From positions 576,001-640,000 of the forward strand of contig JAEHCO010000001.1 in the NCBI GenBank assembly GCA_020697715.1: a DNA stretch of 64,000 bases. The letters run 5' to 3'. Origin of the DNA: Methanobacteriota archaeon (GTDB lineage: Archaea > Thermoplasmatota > Thermoplasmata > SG8-5 > JAGLSY01). Of the stretch, positions 9,901 through 19,452 are shown piece by piece. A program made the position numbers and the translations under genes. Position 1 is the first letter of the stretch; each line of letters begins with the position of its first letter. The notes beneath the pieces are model-generated. The model was not told where the DNA came from and did not search any database. It saw only the letters and a list, made by a program, of their open reading frames with translations.

Positions 9901-12010
9901 TGATATTGTTGTTGGCTACAGCCCGCACAGCACCGCCTGAATCTGCATCATGGTGGAAATTACCTTGGATCGTGTTATCATTGAAGACAAGGTATAGATC
10001 CTCGCAATAGGCCCAACCATAGCTACTTCCGATCTTAAAGGCGCCCTCAAAGTCTGCCCAGCTACCAGACCCATCATCAATACGTGATTGTGTTATGTCA
10101 TTACCAGTTATGTTACATACCAATTGATCATCAGAAGTAATGACGATCGCCTTAACACCAACTTCTCCGCCACCATATATGTTCTGAATTACAGTATTAT
10201 CGATGAAATTACATGTGACATTAGGGGTGAGATAATCTGTATATTGGTCATCTCCACCTATCATCATCATCGGAATTGTGTCCCATGTTAGGAATGGTGC
10301 ATCATTGTTCTCAACATAATTATCAACAAAATCCAGGTTGAGCTCTTCATTCGCCCATGCATAGAACAGTGCTCCGAGCTGGCCTGAAGAGTAGGTTTGA
10401 TCATCCACTGGCTTCAATACAAACGTATTTCCACTGACCGTGGCATTACAATAATCTGCATTACCCATATGGAAAGCATGCCCTTTCTCATCAACAGCAA
10501 CCATGTAATCATGTTTGGCAGATGAGAAGAAATAATTGTCGGTATATTCAATGTCCATTTCCTTCTCAGCATTGAATTGGATAGATGTCCTATGATAGGA
10601 ATCTGTGCTGTCGTCATCAAGAACTATGAATTCGTTACGGGAAACAAAGGCATCCAAAGTCTGTGGGAAGACCCACTCACTGTAGAAGTAATGTCCAATG
10701 TTCAGCATGGTCCTGCTCTCATAGATACCACCATGTAAGATGCGGTTATCTGTGAAAGTGACGTCCATGTGGTCCCAAGCTCCCATCTTGATGGCATGTG
10801 GGACATCCCATCCATCCGTTGGAAGACCATAATAGAATTCATTGCCGACCATGGTCACGGTAAGGTTCCCACAACGGGTATTCTCTTGATAGTAACCGAT
10901 CTGCTGCATTCCTCCTTCACTGTGATAATCCGAACCACCCATGTAATTGTCGTTAATTGTTATGTCTAGGTCGCCCAAGGCTGTATATCGGCATCCGCCA
11001 TTATTTCCGTAGATATTGTTATTGTTGACCACAACTTTCGCATATGAAGGGCCATCTACACCACCGTTATCGTGGTCGAATCCAACGAATACACCGTTGC
11101 AGCCGTTCTCAATGATGTCATTACCTACAATATTTGCATTCAGGACTCCGTTGGTCAAAATGTAAAGAGCGGAATATCCAGACCCATCATTGCGCCAGAT
11201 CTCATTGCCGTGAACATCGGCGTTCAATGTTCCGTTTCCCATCACAACTATCCCATTTTCATTGAAGGACACGTTCATGCCGAATATCTCGATATTCACA
11301 TTCACTCCAGACAGGTAAACACCTGGCCCTCCATTGTTCAGGACAACGTTGTTGGAAAGGACACCGCTGATATTGTAGAATGGGTCTGATATATCTCCAG
11401 CTCCAATTCCGATACCATCATTGTCCTCGACCAGGTTGTTCTGCAAGGATGCTGGCCAGCAGCTGTCAAAGATCAAACCATGTTCTCCGTCCGCAATACG
11501 GCTGTTATCAATATTTGCCATACTTGTTCTGATGAAGACACCGCTCCATTGATCTGGAGGCATATTGGTATTGTTACCAACATTCAATATCTCACTGTTC
11601 TGTATGTTCAGCACAGCATTAGGCCCAGTCCAGAAGTTGTATCTGGATACATTAGCATCTATAACACTCGCATCTGCATCCATTGCGTCTGATGGGTCGT
11701 ATCCATCGCCACCATCATACATGTTCAGCGTCCCCTGAACATCGATATGCGTCCTGTTGGCTACTGAGCAGTTCATCATAATTGTGACATTGGTCAATGT
11801 CAATGACGCTCCTACTGGAATGGTTATATTTCCTTCCACGTATATTGTCTCGTTCACATAGCTTTCAGCTCCTGCGATCACCCAATCTCCCGGAACATAG
11901 AAATCGTTAGTCTCCAATACGGGAGAACTAGCCATAACCAAGCTCGTGTTCAGGAATATCATGGATATCATTGCAAAGCTGATCAATATTGCTGATATTC
12001 TTTTATTCAT
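6902..12010 (-). CDS. Giant surface protein (1702 aa), tandem paralog of 441..6677: beta-helix, one sheath-like insert, 3 PKD, Ig-like domain, TSP3-like Ca-binding repeats, TM anchor
   Basis: Collinear with the 2078-aa protein (shared QNSEILNVG, HGLIFDSC, MHVKAEQQGTG/MNVKVQQQGTG) and nearly identical in the Ig and anchor region. Confidence 0.9.
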   Translation of the reverse strand: MNKRISAILISFAMISMIFLNTSLVMASSPVLETNDFYVPGDWVIAGAESYVNETIYVEGNITIPVGASLTLTNVTIMMNCSVANRTHIDVQGTLNMYDGGDGYDPSDAMDADASVIDANVSRYNFWTGPNAVLNIQNSEILNVGNNTNMPPDQWSGVFIRTSMANIDNSRIADGEHGLIFDSCWPASLQNNLVEDNDGIGIGAGDISDPFYNISGVLSNNVVLNNGGPGVYLSGVNVNIEIFGMNVSFNENGIVVMGNGTLNADVHGNEIWRNDGSGYSALYILTNGVLNANIVGNDIIENGCNGVFVGFDHDNGGVDGPSYAKVVVNNNNIYGNNGGCRYTALGDLDITINDNYMGGSDYHSEGGMQQIGYYQENTRCGNLTVTMVGNEFYYGLPTDGWDVPHAIKMGAWDHMDVTFTDNRILHGGIYESRTMLNIGHYFYSEWVFPQTLDAFVSRNEFIVLDDDSTDSYHRTSIQFNAEKEMDIEYTDNYFFSSAKHDYMVAVDEKGHAFHMGNADYCNATVSGNTFVLKPVDDQTYSSGQLGALFYAWANEELNLDFVDNYVENNDAPFLTWDTIPMMMIGGDDQYTDYLTPNVTCNFIDNTVIQNIYGGGEVGVKAIVITSDDQLVCNITGNDITQSRIDDGSGSWADFEGAFKIGSSYGWAYCEDLYLVFNDNTIQGNFHHDADSGGAVRAVANNNITADINNNYIEAVWEDGTADYDYGMRIGYNCNSYGIQNENAVVTSSNNYFKNAGIGSNYVVGANNNLTFTSDGDTMVGAYYGDCGGTGSFTSYTTYGNGLTLMAENSLDATIMNGEFYDNEGAGICIETVGEADVTIENCFIHDNYWHGVYLYDTDGNGDGNFEIADSAIIGNGADWDGNCGAGSGIYAEDVILLLENSTLNNDMNGDYELDLRGFTNATALNSFFDRGDTDIESLTWGSLIGTQWVETNLTLWNTTTDGSFMIDIDGDVKNIDGIDFTGCLDMFNVAGTITMALQAASASPTDGFFSASCTWNTDHFEIESSNGGVLTYVSPLMQSTGTMGTDISGINASAGGFWMSCANGTPMQGTGSWLLNQWFMNVKVQQQGTGMAIPGASITVSDADSNVVYSGMSSWDGYRRWIIADQSLQTNSYSQLFTPHTVEAVKGVTTGSVNANMFSSKDVIVSLDYTDLAPNADAGTSISINEDTSTLLDGSGSSDDIQIVSWSWVDGSGTITLSGETVNYMFANPGVYDFTLTVTDNVGATDTDMVTITVLDVTNPVADAGMDLSANEDTTVSFDSSASYDNVGITNYTWTFMDNGTSQTIWGSSPDYVFAEPGVYDVTLTVTDGAGLTDSNDVSITIIDMTPPVAIDGDGQTVPQGTEVTLDGTASTDNVGITAFEWTFNDGANDVVQNGPVMNHTFMNLGNFTVTLEVWDAAGNSDTLTVWVNVIDVTAPEVLVIAPGEDSEDVPLDWNLIIVFTEAMDTASVEAAFNISGVNVTDFDWDMTDRYVTISFEELGYDTEYNFTVGPEAMDLAGNEMGTAHADSFLTAIDHTPPPPVEPTVDDTDGDGVDDVDDAFPNDPAASIDTDADGMPDVYNPGYDQYDTNLTEDLDDDGDGIIDDIDDDTPIVDDDDDDDDDDVVDDDDDDDTPVDDDDDAEDTGGNDFMWIIIIIIMAVIIVLQAMKNGNKPDAAPPVEEAPEPAPEPEAAPEAPADDPVSE

Positions 12011-12060
12011 GTAATACCCTCGTCTTTTCTATATTTCTTTTCTTCCTCACCTTTTTAACT

Positions 12061-12080
12061 TTGTTAAGTATAGTTAACAA
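12061..12080. promoter_or_regulatory. Palindromic operator candidate TTGTTAA-N6-TTAACAA between divergent genes
   Basis: Perfect 7-bp inverted repeat ttgttaa gtatag ttaacaa. Confidence 0.5.
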
Positions 12081-12179
12081 TACAATAATAACAGTGGTAT
12101 ATATAATCAATCTAAACGATTGTTAATTCCATATTACATTAAATTGAGGGGATATAGTTAAATCCAAACAGACCATTGA

Positions 12180-14738
12180 ATGAATAAGAACGAGAAAAGG
12201 ACAGGTAATATGCTAACCTTGAATGAACGAAGGATCAATGCAACTATGTTGTTGGCCGCCATACTTATCATCCCACTATTGTCTGGCTTTGCCTACAGTG
12301 ATGTGGATAGGGCCATTTCCGGATGTGGTGGAAGCAAATGCCATGGAATTCTCAATCCCGCGACAGTGGTCAATATCTCCGGTCTTCCCCCTGCATATAT
12401 CCATGACAGGACATACACCCTGATATTGTCCATATCTGGTGATCCTCCAACAGGAATGGGAGGGTTCAATGTAGAGGCTTCCTCAGGTTTTTTCACGACC
12501 TCTGACCCCACCAATGTGAGGATAGTTGGAGATGGTGATAGACAGGCAACCCATTGGAATCCGGACCATCGAACATGGACCGTGGATTGGCATGCCCCCG
12601 CTGTCCGCACAGGAGACATAGGCTTCTGGCTATCAGGAACATGCGTGGATGACGACCATGATGGGAATGCCAATGATACTTGGGGGCAGGGTTCATGGGT
12701 GGTCCCCGAGTTCATACCAGAGATCATCCCTCCTGAGATATCCAATGTCCTGATAAATGGCCAGTCAAACCAGATATACAATTTCTCATCGATACCCGGT
12801 CTATCACTTACAGCAGTGCTGGATGATTCAAACACTGGCAATTTCAATGTGACGGGGGCGAACTACACAACAGGCCTAATGAACTGGCCATCTTCCAAGA
12901 TAATGGCCATGCAGAATCCCCCAGCTGGCCCGACAGAGGCTTTCATTGCTACGGTTCCAGCACCATCAGAGGCTGGAACTTACGATCTCTATGTCTATGG
13001 TTGGGATGAGCATTCCAATTTCAATGATACGAACACGGATATGCTGGCCACATTGCAGATAGTGGACGATGTGCCGCCATCTACTTCCAACATCTTACTG
13101 AATGGTGGTCCCACGTTCTCAGTGTACCAGGGAACATCTGTCGAGCTATCAGCGACCTTGAGCGATGCGGCATCGGGGAATTCCGAGATAAAGACAGCGA
13201 ATTACACTATAGGGTATCAGAATTGGAGCAATAGCCAGACCATACCTCCAATTGATGGCAGCTATGATTCCGCAGAAGAGGATGCGGCGGTGGTCATTGA
13301 TACAACCGGGTTCCTTCCAGGTACATATTCGATATTCGTCTATGGTGAGGACAGTATTGGTAATTTCGACAGCGAGCCAGATGTCAATGCCACTCTTATC
13401 ATATTGGAGGATCAAACCCCTCCCGAGCTGGTCAATGTGACCATCGATGGATCACAAACTGTGGAATACCTGTTCAGTGAAATCCCACAATCCCTCGAGG
13501 TCCAGGTCCATGTCAATGACACCGATACTGGCAATTCAGATATCCAGAGCGCTAATGTAACCAGTGGCTTGGATGATTGGTCCACCTCTCTTCCTCTTTC
13601 ATTGCTCCATCCCCCATCCAGTCCAGATGAGGTATTCCACGCCAATCTGAGCCTGCCAATGGTATCAGGCTCATTCAAATACTACGCACATGCCATTGAT
13701 TCTTCTAATAATTCCAATTCCACGAATGCCGACGCATTTGCAGAATTGAGAATACTGGATGACGTCCTTCCCATGATATCCAATGTCACCGTGGAGCTCG
13801 ATCCTTCTGACAATACAGACCCCATGATCATCAATGAGGGCGATGAGGTCCGGATATCAATGACACTGGATGACTCAACCAGAGGCAATTCCCTCATCAA
13901 AGGAGTGAACATGACCTATGGGCCGAATAATTGGTCGTATTCGATGGAAGGCGTTCCATCCGATGGAGCATTGGACTCCTCCATCGAAGATCTTCATTTC
14001 ATCATAGATACTACTGGCTGGTCATATGGTGAGCATGTATTGTCCTTCCATGCTGCGGACGATCCCGCACTTCCAGCCCCAGTCATTGATGATCCCCATT
14101 CATTGACTATTGTGATAAACACACCTCCAGAACTTCGATTCCTGCAGGATGTGGAATACCTCAATGGCCTTGATCCTGAAGAGGGAGAGGCAGGCACTAA
14201 TTTCACCTTCAAGATACTGTATATTGATGATGATGGGCATTTGCCCGAAACAGGGTGGCCCATGCTGCACTTGTTCAGAAACAACAGGAGGGTACCTGGG
14301 TACCCTTTCAGTATGGTGAATGTTGGTGGGAACACATCCACTGGTTCGATCTATGAATATGTCATAGGTCTTGATGAAGGCAATTATTCATATTATTTCA
14401 CGGCCACCGACGCAGGAGGTCTGGAGGCTATACGGACATCTGAATTGATGGGGCCTATCGTATATCCAATAAATATCACGGAGGATCCTGGCGAGGATGA
14501 TCTTGTTGATGATCATCCTGATGACGATCATCCAGATGATGAAGATCCTACCATTGTAGATCCTGATGCTGACGATCCAGCAGATGGGAACATTACCGAT
14601 GGTGATGACAATGACGACGACAATTCGACCACAGGGTCTGATACCACACCCAGTAGCAGTTACTGGCTAGTGGCGATCCTGATGATCGTTATCATAATGG
14701 TCATAGCGGCATATTTCATCATAATTAAGAGACGCTGA
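12180..14738 (+). CDS. Membrane-anchored secreted protein: CX4CH motif plus Reeler/choice-of-anchor-V-like domain, four related Ig-like repeats, one further Ig-like domain, acidic linker, TM helix (start may be 12210)
   Basis: GCGGSKCHG...GLPPAY...GGFNV...ATH...W.VDW.AP; four repeats of the type PPEISNV..DDS.TG...ANYT.G..NW; C-terminus YWLVAILMIVIIMVIAAYFIIIKRR. Confidence 0.8.
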   Translation: MNKNEKRTGNMLTLNERRINATMLLAAILIIPLLSGFAYSDVDRAISGCGGSKCHGILNPATVVNISGLPPAYIHDRTYTLILSISGDPPTGMGGFNVEASSGFFTTSDPTNVRIVGDGDRQATHWNPDHRTWTVDWHAPAVRTGDIGFWLSGTCVDDDHDGNANDTWGQGSWVVPEFIPEIIPPEISNVLINGQSNQIYNFSSIPGLSLTAVLDDSNTGNFNVTGANYTTGLMNWPSSKIMAMQNPPAGPTEAFIATVPAPSEAGTYDLYVYGWDEHSNFNDTNTDMLATLQIVDDVPPSTSNILLNGGPTFSVYQGTSVELSATLSDAASGNSEIKTANYTIGYQNWSNSQTIPPIDGSYDSAEEDAAVVIDTTGFLPGTYSIFVYGEDSIGNFDSEPDVNATLIILEDQTPPELVNVTIDGSQTVEYLFSEIPQSLEVQVHVNDTDTGNSDIQSANVTSGLDDWSTSLPLSLLHPPSSPDEVFHANLSLPMVSGSFKYYAHAIDSSNNSNSTNADAFAELRILDDVLPMISNVTVELDPSDNTDPMIINEGDEVRISMTLDDSTRGNSLIKGVNMTYGPNNWSYSMEGVPSDGALDSSIEDLHFIIDTTGWSYGEHVLSFHAADDPALPAPVIDDPHSLTIVINTPPELRFLQDVEYLNGLDPEEGEAGTNFTFKILYIDDDGHLPETGWPMLHLFRNNRRVPGYPFSMVNVGGNTSTGSIYEYVIGLDEGNYSYYFTATDAGGLEAIRTSELMGPIVYPINITEDPGEDDLVDDHPDDDHPDDEDPTIVDPDADDPADGNITDGDDNDDDNSTTGSDTTPSSSYWLVAILMIVIIMVIAAYFIIIKRR

Positions 14739-14779
14739 TAGATCGAATACATGGTCTATTATTACTCTTCAACATCTGT

Positions 14780-17700
14780 TTATTCATCATCCTCTGGTAC
14801 AGATGTTTCTTCAGTTATCTCTTCAACCTTTTCAGGGGCTTCTGGCTTCTCCTCAATACCTTTTGATCCCCTTCCTTTCATCAACATCAAAACCACTGAT
14901 ATGACGATCAAGACCACCACGAGAATGATGATGTAAATGTAATCATTGTCCGAGCCTTCATCAACAGTACCATCATCAGTTGTGGTATCATCCGTATCCG
15001 CATTATCCCCTATGCCATCTCCATCCGAATCAGTATCCTCATTCGGATCATATGGGAATGCGTCATCCTCGTCCAGTGTTCCATCATTATCGTCGTCAGG
15101 GTCTGCATTGTCCCCGATACCATCGCCGTCGGCATCGGCGTGCTCATCCGGGTCATTGGGGAATGCGTCATGGGAATCTCCAATCCCATCTCCGTCTGCA
15201 TCCGAGCCCTCGTTTGGATCCAATGGGAATGCGTCATCCTCGTCCATTATTCCATCATCATCGTCATCAGGATCCGCATTGTCCCCGATACCATCTCCGT
15301 CGGTATCGGTGTCCTCATACGGATCATCAGGGAACGCGTCATCAATATCCAGTGTGCCGTCTCCGTCCGTATCCGCATCATCCGCAGGTATAGTGAAGGT
15401 CCCACTCACCTCGTTCGAATATGGTGATTCATTTGGCGGACTTTGATCGTCAAAAGCAGTGATGATGTAGTAATATGTTGTGCCATGTACGGAAGTGACA
15501 TCCACGAAACTCGTATTGGAGGTAGCCAGTATGGAAGCCACTATAGAGTATCGTCTGCCAGAGCTCTCTGATCGATATACTATGTATCCTACCAGGTCAG
15601 TCTCAGTACTGCTGTCCCAGCTGAGCTTGATATCCCCATTCGCCATATTGCTCGCCACAAGGCCGGATGGAGCATCTGGAGCCTCATCATCCAGGACCTC
15701 TATGGTGATATTGGTCCACTCACCCCTGTTATCATGAATGTCGATCCCTCTTATCTCAAGCACATAGGTCCCTCTTTCCCATGATGTGGTATTGAACCAG
15801 AGCTCGATACTTTCCTTCCATTCATCAAATGCCAGATCCAAAGAACTTATGGATGACGCTTCTGTGAGGTTCACACCTGCTGGCCATTCTCCTATGAATC
15901 TCCAATCTATCCCTATTATGACCGATCTTCCTCTTGTCTCATCATCGAATGTTGTGGTGATGGTGATCTCGTCCTGGGAAGAAGCGAATGGATATGGCTG
16001 TATAGCGGGTGCAGATACAACAACAGGCCCCCAATCATCAAAGATGGTCAGGTTGATGCTCTCCCACTCGCCCCAGTTCCCTCCCTCATCAGAAGCGTGG
16101 ATCCAAAAGGTATTGACCCCCTTTGGATAGTCTGGAATTTCCAATATGGCCGTCACATTCTTCAGATAACTATCTAATGAAGAATTTGAGACATTGCACG
16201 GATTGCCAGTTCCATTGTCGATGGTCGGATAATGGGTGCTGTGATACCATTCTGCCTGGGTTATATTGGACCACCCGTTTGCCTCATCATCAACTGTGGC
16301 ATTCAGCCAAACCCAGTCACTGGACATACCAGTTATATTTGATGGAGATAGACTGATATTCTTGATCAAAGGCGCCTTTTTGTCCACCATATCAATGAAC
16401 AATACAGTGGTCTGATCCATATTGGCGGTTGTGTTGAGATCCTCGAACCCTTCCTTCATGACCGTTATATTATAAGGTGATCTGTTCTCAGTGATATTTC
16501 CTTCCAATATCGTATACTCGGTTATCATCAACTGTTCTATCCATCCATCTTCATTTGTTATATCATCAAATACATTTGTGCCATTGACATCAAAGATCTG
16601 AATATCGGCTCCTGAGACATTATGATCATTACAACTAACATGCATCCTCAGATACCAGCTTACATTCAAACTTGAAAATATGTCTTCTATGTGGATCATG
16701 TCCTTATCAAAGGTCGTGTTTATCAAATTTGGATCTGAATCATAATTCAGGAACATGGACGCCGAGGCCGGGTTCTCGATAGTGGTGTTAGATAATAATG
16801 CGTCCGTTCCATATAGGTAAATGGAACGATCTCCATCTATCAAATGACAGTTCTCAATGTTCGATATGCCCACATTCACAAGATAAGCATTGTAGTTATT
16901 GGATGTGATGGTCACATTCGTCAACTCTAGATCATCGATAGTGGAAGCGACAACCCCGTTGTTATTGTTCAACAAAACACTATTTTGAACATCCGCCTTG
17001 ATGCTGTTGATGATGTAGATGCCATTAACACCACTTTGAATGTCCATATCATTTATCTGAATATCACTTGAGTTCACATACACTATTTGCCCTATGTTCG
17101 TCAAATAAGAGACCTGTATCTGCTCTCCAGTGGTAGAGTGTCCAGTTTCTCCAAAATAATATCTCACAATCTCCCCATTGACCGTATTATTCTCAAAGAT
17201 GGTGTTTTCCCATGAATATCCTGTCGTGCCGATGTATATGCCAGTTTGGGTGATCTCCTTTGTTATCAGATTATTCCAAAGGATATTTCCGGAAGTTATC
17301 CCCGCGACCCCCGCTCCATACACATTGTTCTTCAATGTATTTTGAAATACTGAATTATCACCAGAGATCTCTCGAATTGCCAGGCCGATCACATTATTAT
17401 CCTCGCAGTGATTATCGAACACCACTGAATTCTGTGTGTTTATCAATGACAATCCATAGGATCCATTATTGGCGACATTGTCCTTGACCTCCACATAGGA
17501 AGCATTGGCCACGATGACCTGTCCCTGGTTAGACATAAATGGTTCATGCACTACCTGGTTTTGGATCGGAATAAGAGCACCAACGGCTCCCACATCTCCA
17601 TAGAAATATCGGAGCCATTCGCCATTGACAGTATTGTTGGCAGGGTATGAATGATCAAGGGAATTTATGCCAATATAATAACCATATTGATAATCACTTT

Positions 17701-19168
17701 TCAATATGGTGTTGCTGTAGAACTTATTCTGTTTCGAGTATTGGTCCACACCCAACCCATAAAAATTGCTATTGAGGGTATTATCCTTCACGATGACATC
17801 TCTCGATCCATAAAGTCTGATCCCAACAGATTCGGAACCAGATATGGTGTTGCCTGATACTATATTATTGCCACTGGCTCCCTGTATCCGGATCCCATCT
17901 CCATTGGTCAATGTGCCTTCCCTTCCAGATATGTGATTGTCCATAACTACGGAATCGTTTAGTGAGTATAGCCAGATACCCTGATAGCGTCCCCCTGTCA
18001 ATGTATTATTGCTAATTGACCCATGAACATTCCTTGTAGGATAGGCCCACGGTTCTGGGGCATTTGAAGCATCCCCGTCTCCGAGCCACCCCACTCTGAT
18101 ACCGGGCGCATTGACACTACTGACTATATTGTTCTCAATGGTCACATTAAGATCGTATATCGCCTTCACACCAAAGCCAATTGTGTCAGCCACTTTATCA
18201 AGTACATTGTTCTTCAATATCACTGTCGCGTTCTTTGGTGTGGATGAATCCACGCCAGCCTTGAACCATCCAATTGTCACGGCTCCGCATGTTATTCCAG
18301 TCGTGTGGTATATGTGATTATCCGACACATTGGCATACATTGTCTCGGTGGAGCATATTATAAGAGCACCAGCCGCGATATTCGTCAGTTCATTGTTTAT
18401 GAAATTCACATCCACGGCTTTGACCCCTGGGTTTTTGGAGTATTCGTTCGACATTTTACCAATATGCACTCCATTCTGTGTCTGAGGTGTATTGAAATTA
18501 TTATCCACGATATTTGCCTGGATGTATTCCGTGGCATATATCATGACTATCCCATCTAGATTTCCACTTGGATTTATTATGTCATTGTTAGTTATATTCG
18601 TGTATATTGAATTCACTGGCAGATCATCCTGTGCTAGGATCAATTTGCTGCCAAGTCTGATGGGAGCCAGCCCCACATTTTCGGAAATGATATTGTCATG
18701 GATCTCCGCTCTTATGATGGAAGTTTCAGGTACACCAATCATGCCGATCCCACCAGCACCATTGTTCATTATTGTGCAGTTTGTCACATTCGCGTTTGTG
18801 TCACCATATATCGATACACCACTACCATCTGCATTTTCAAGTGTGCAGTTCCTGATGGTGAAATACTTGATAGTATTCTGAATATATATGCATGCTTCCG
18901 CGCCTGAGCCATCAATTTCCAAATTCTCAATTATGTACGGATTGCCTGCTGTTCCATTACCACCAGATACTCCGTTGGCTGGGATAAAATCACCATCTCC
19001 ACTTATCCACAGAGGCGGCGATACTGTCAATATGCCGTCTGGAAGGGTAGATGAAATATAATTATCTGCAGTATCTACCTCATAAGCACTGTTAGCTGGA
19101 AGCATGGTCAACACATTGGCCAGGAAAGCCAATACCATAAGTACAGACAATATTTTTCTATTCATCAT
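14780..19168 (-). CDS. Surface protein (1462 aa): NosD/CASH-type beta-helix, Ig-like domains, FN3, thrombospondin type-3-like repeats, TM anchor
   Basis: GNGTAGNPYIIENLEID cap, NNTVNG repeats, FN3 motif (PDAPSGL...LSW...GYIVYRS...YYYIITAFD), repeated DTDGDGIGDNADPDDD, hydrophobic C-terminus. Confidence 0.9.
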   Translation of the reverse strand: MMNRKILSVLMVLAFLANVLTMLPANSAYEVDTADNYISSTLPDGILTVSPPLWISGDGDFIPANGVSGGNGTAGNPYIIENLEIDGSGAEACIYIQNTIKYFTIRNCTLENADGSGVSIYGDTNANVTNCTIMNNGAGGIGMIGVPETSIIRAEIHDNIISENVGLAPIRLGSKLILAQDDLPVNSIYTNITNNDIINPSGNLDGIVMIYATEYIQANIVDNNFNTPQTQNGVHIGKMSNEYSKNPGVKAVDVNFINNELTNIAAGALIICSTETMYANVSDNHIYHTTGITCGAVTIGWFKAGVDSSTPKNATVILKNNVLDKVADTIGFGVKAIYDLNVTIENNIVSSVNAPGIRVGWLGDGDASNAPEPWAYPTRNVHGSISNNTLTGGRYQGIWLYSLNDSVVMDNHISGREGTLTNGDGIRIQGASGNNIVSGNTISGSESVGIRLYGSRDVIVKDNTLNSNFYGLGVDQYSKQNKFYSNTILKSDYQYGYYIGINSLDHSYPANNTVNGEWLRYFYGDVGAVGALIPIQNQVVHEPFMSNQGQVIVANASYVEVKDNVANNGSYGLSLINTQNSVVFDNHCEDNNVIGLAIREISGDNSVFQNTLKNNVYGAGVAGITSGNILWNNLITKEITQTGIYIGTTGYSWENTIFENNTVNGEIVRYYFGETGHSTTGEQIQVSYLTNIGQIVYVNSSDIQINDMDIQSGVNGIYIINSIKADVQNSVLLNNNNGVVASTIDDLELTNVTITSNNYNAYLVNVGISNIENCHLIDGDRSIYLYGTDALLSNTTIENPASASMFLNYDSDPNLINTTFDKDMIHIEDIFSSLNVSWYLRMHVSCNDHNVSGADIQIFDVNGTNVFDDITNEDGWIEQLMITEYTILEGNITENRSPYNITVMKEGFEDLNTTANMDQTTVLFIDMVDKKAPLIKNISLSPSNITGMSSDWVWLNATVDDEANGWSNITQAEWYHSTHYPTIDNGTGNPCNVSNSSLDSYLKNVTAILEIPDYPKGVNTFWIHASDEGGNWGEWESINLTIFDDWGPVVVSAPAIQPYPFASSQDEITITTTFDDETRGRSVIIGIDWRFIGEWPAGVNLTEASSISSLDLAFDEWKESIELWFNTTSWERGTYVLEIRGIDIHDNRGEWTNITIEVLDDEAPDAPSGLVASNMANGDIKLSWDSSTETDLVGYIVYRSESSGRRYSIVASILATSNTSFVDVTSVHGTTYYYIITAFDDQSPPNESPYSNEVSGTFTIPADDADTDGDGTLDIDDAFPDDPYEDTDTDGDGIGDNADPDDDDDGIMDEDDAFPLDPNEGSDADGDGIGDSHDAFPNDPDEHADADGDGIGDNADPDDDNDGTLDEDDAFPYDPNEDTDSDGDGIGDNADTDDTTTDDGTVDEGSDNDYIYIIILVVVLIVISVVLMLMKGRGSKGIEEKPEAPEKVEEITEETSVPEDDE
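14990..15385 (-). repeat. Coding TSP3-like Ca-binding repeats (DxDGDG.GDNAD.DDD / DAFP.DP.E)
   Basis: Recurring gcattgtccccgataccatc and gggaatgcgtca nucleotide units. Confidence 0.85.
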
Positions 19169-19452
19169 GAATCACCACGAGTTTTGGAGCAAAGACGCAC
19201 ATGACTATATAAATATATTTAGCCAGTTAAAGATGTCATATTGTCTATCTCTAGTATACCCCATCATGTTTGTTCGATCATAATGGCTACTCATGCCTTT
19301 GACCAAATACCTGTGGAAAATTTATTATATTAATTATTGTTAATGGCGATGCGGATATTAATTCAATTGCTTAAGAATAGTTAATATAAATGGGCAAGCA
19401 ATTAAATAATCAATATACATGACGGATTTCAAATCCACAAGAGGAGATTCAA

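Noticed and set aside
441-12010. Diversity-generating retroelement acting on the giant paralogs
   Set aside because: No reverse transcriptase and no template/variable repeat pair with adenine-specific mismatches was seen.
14640-14738. PGF-CTERM/archaeosortase signal on the surface proteins
   Set aside because: The anchors are acidic linker, TM helix and basic residues, with no PGF or PEF motif.
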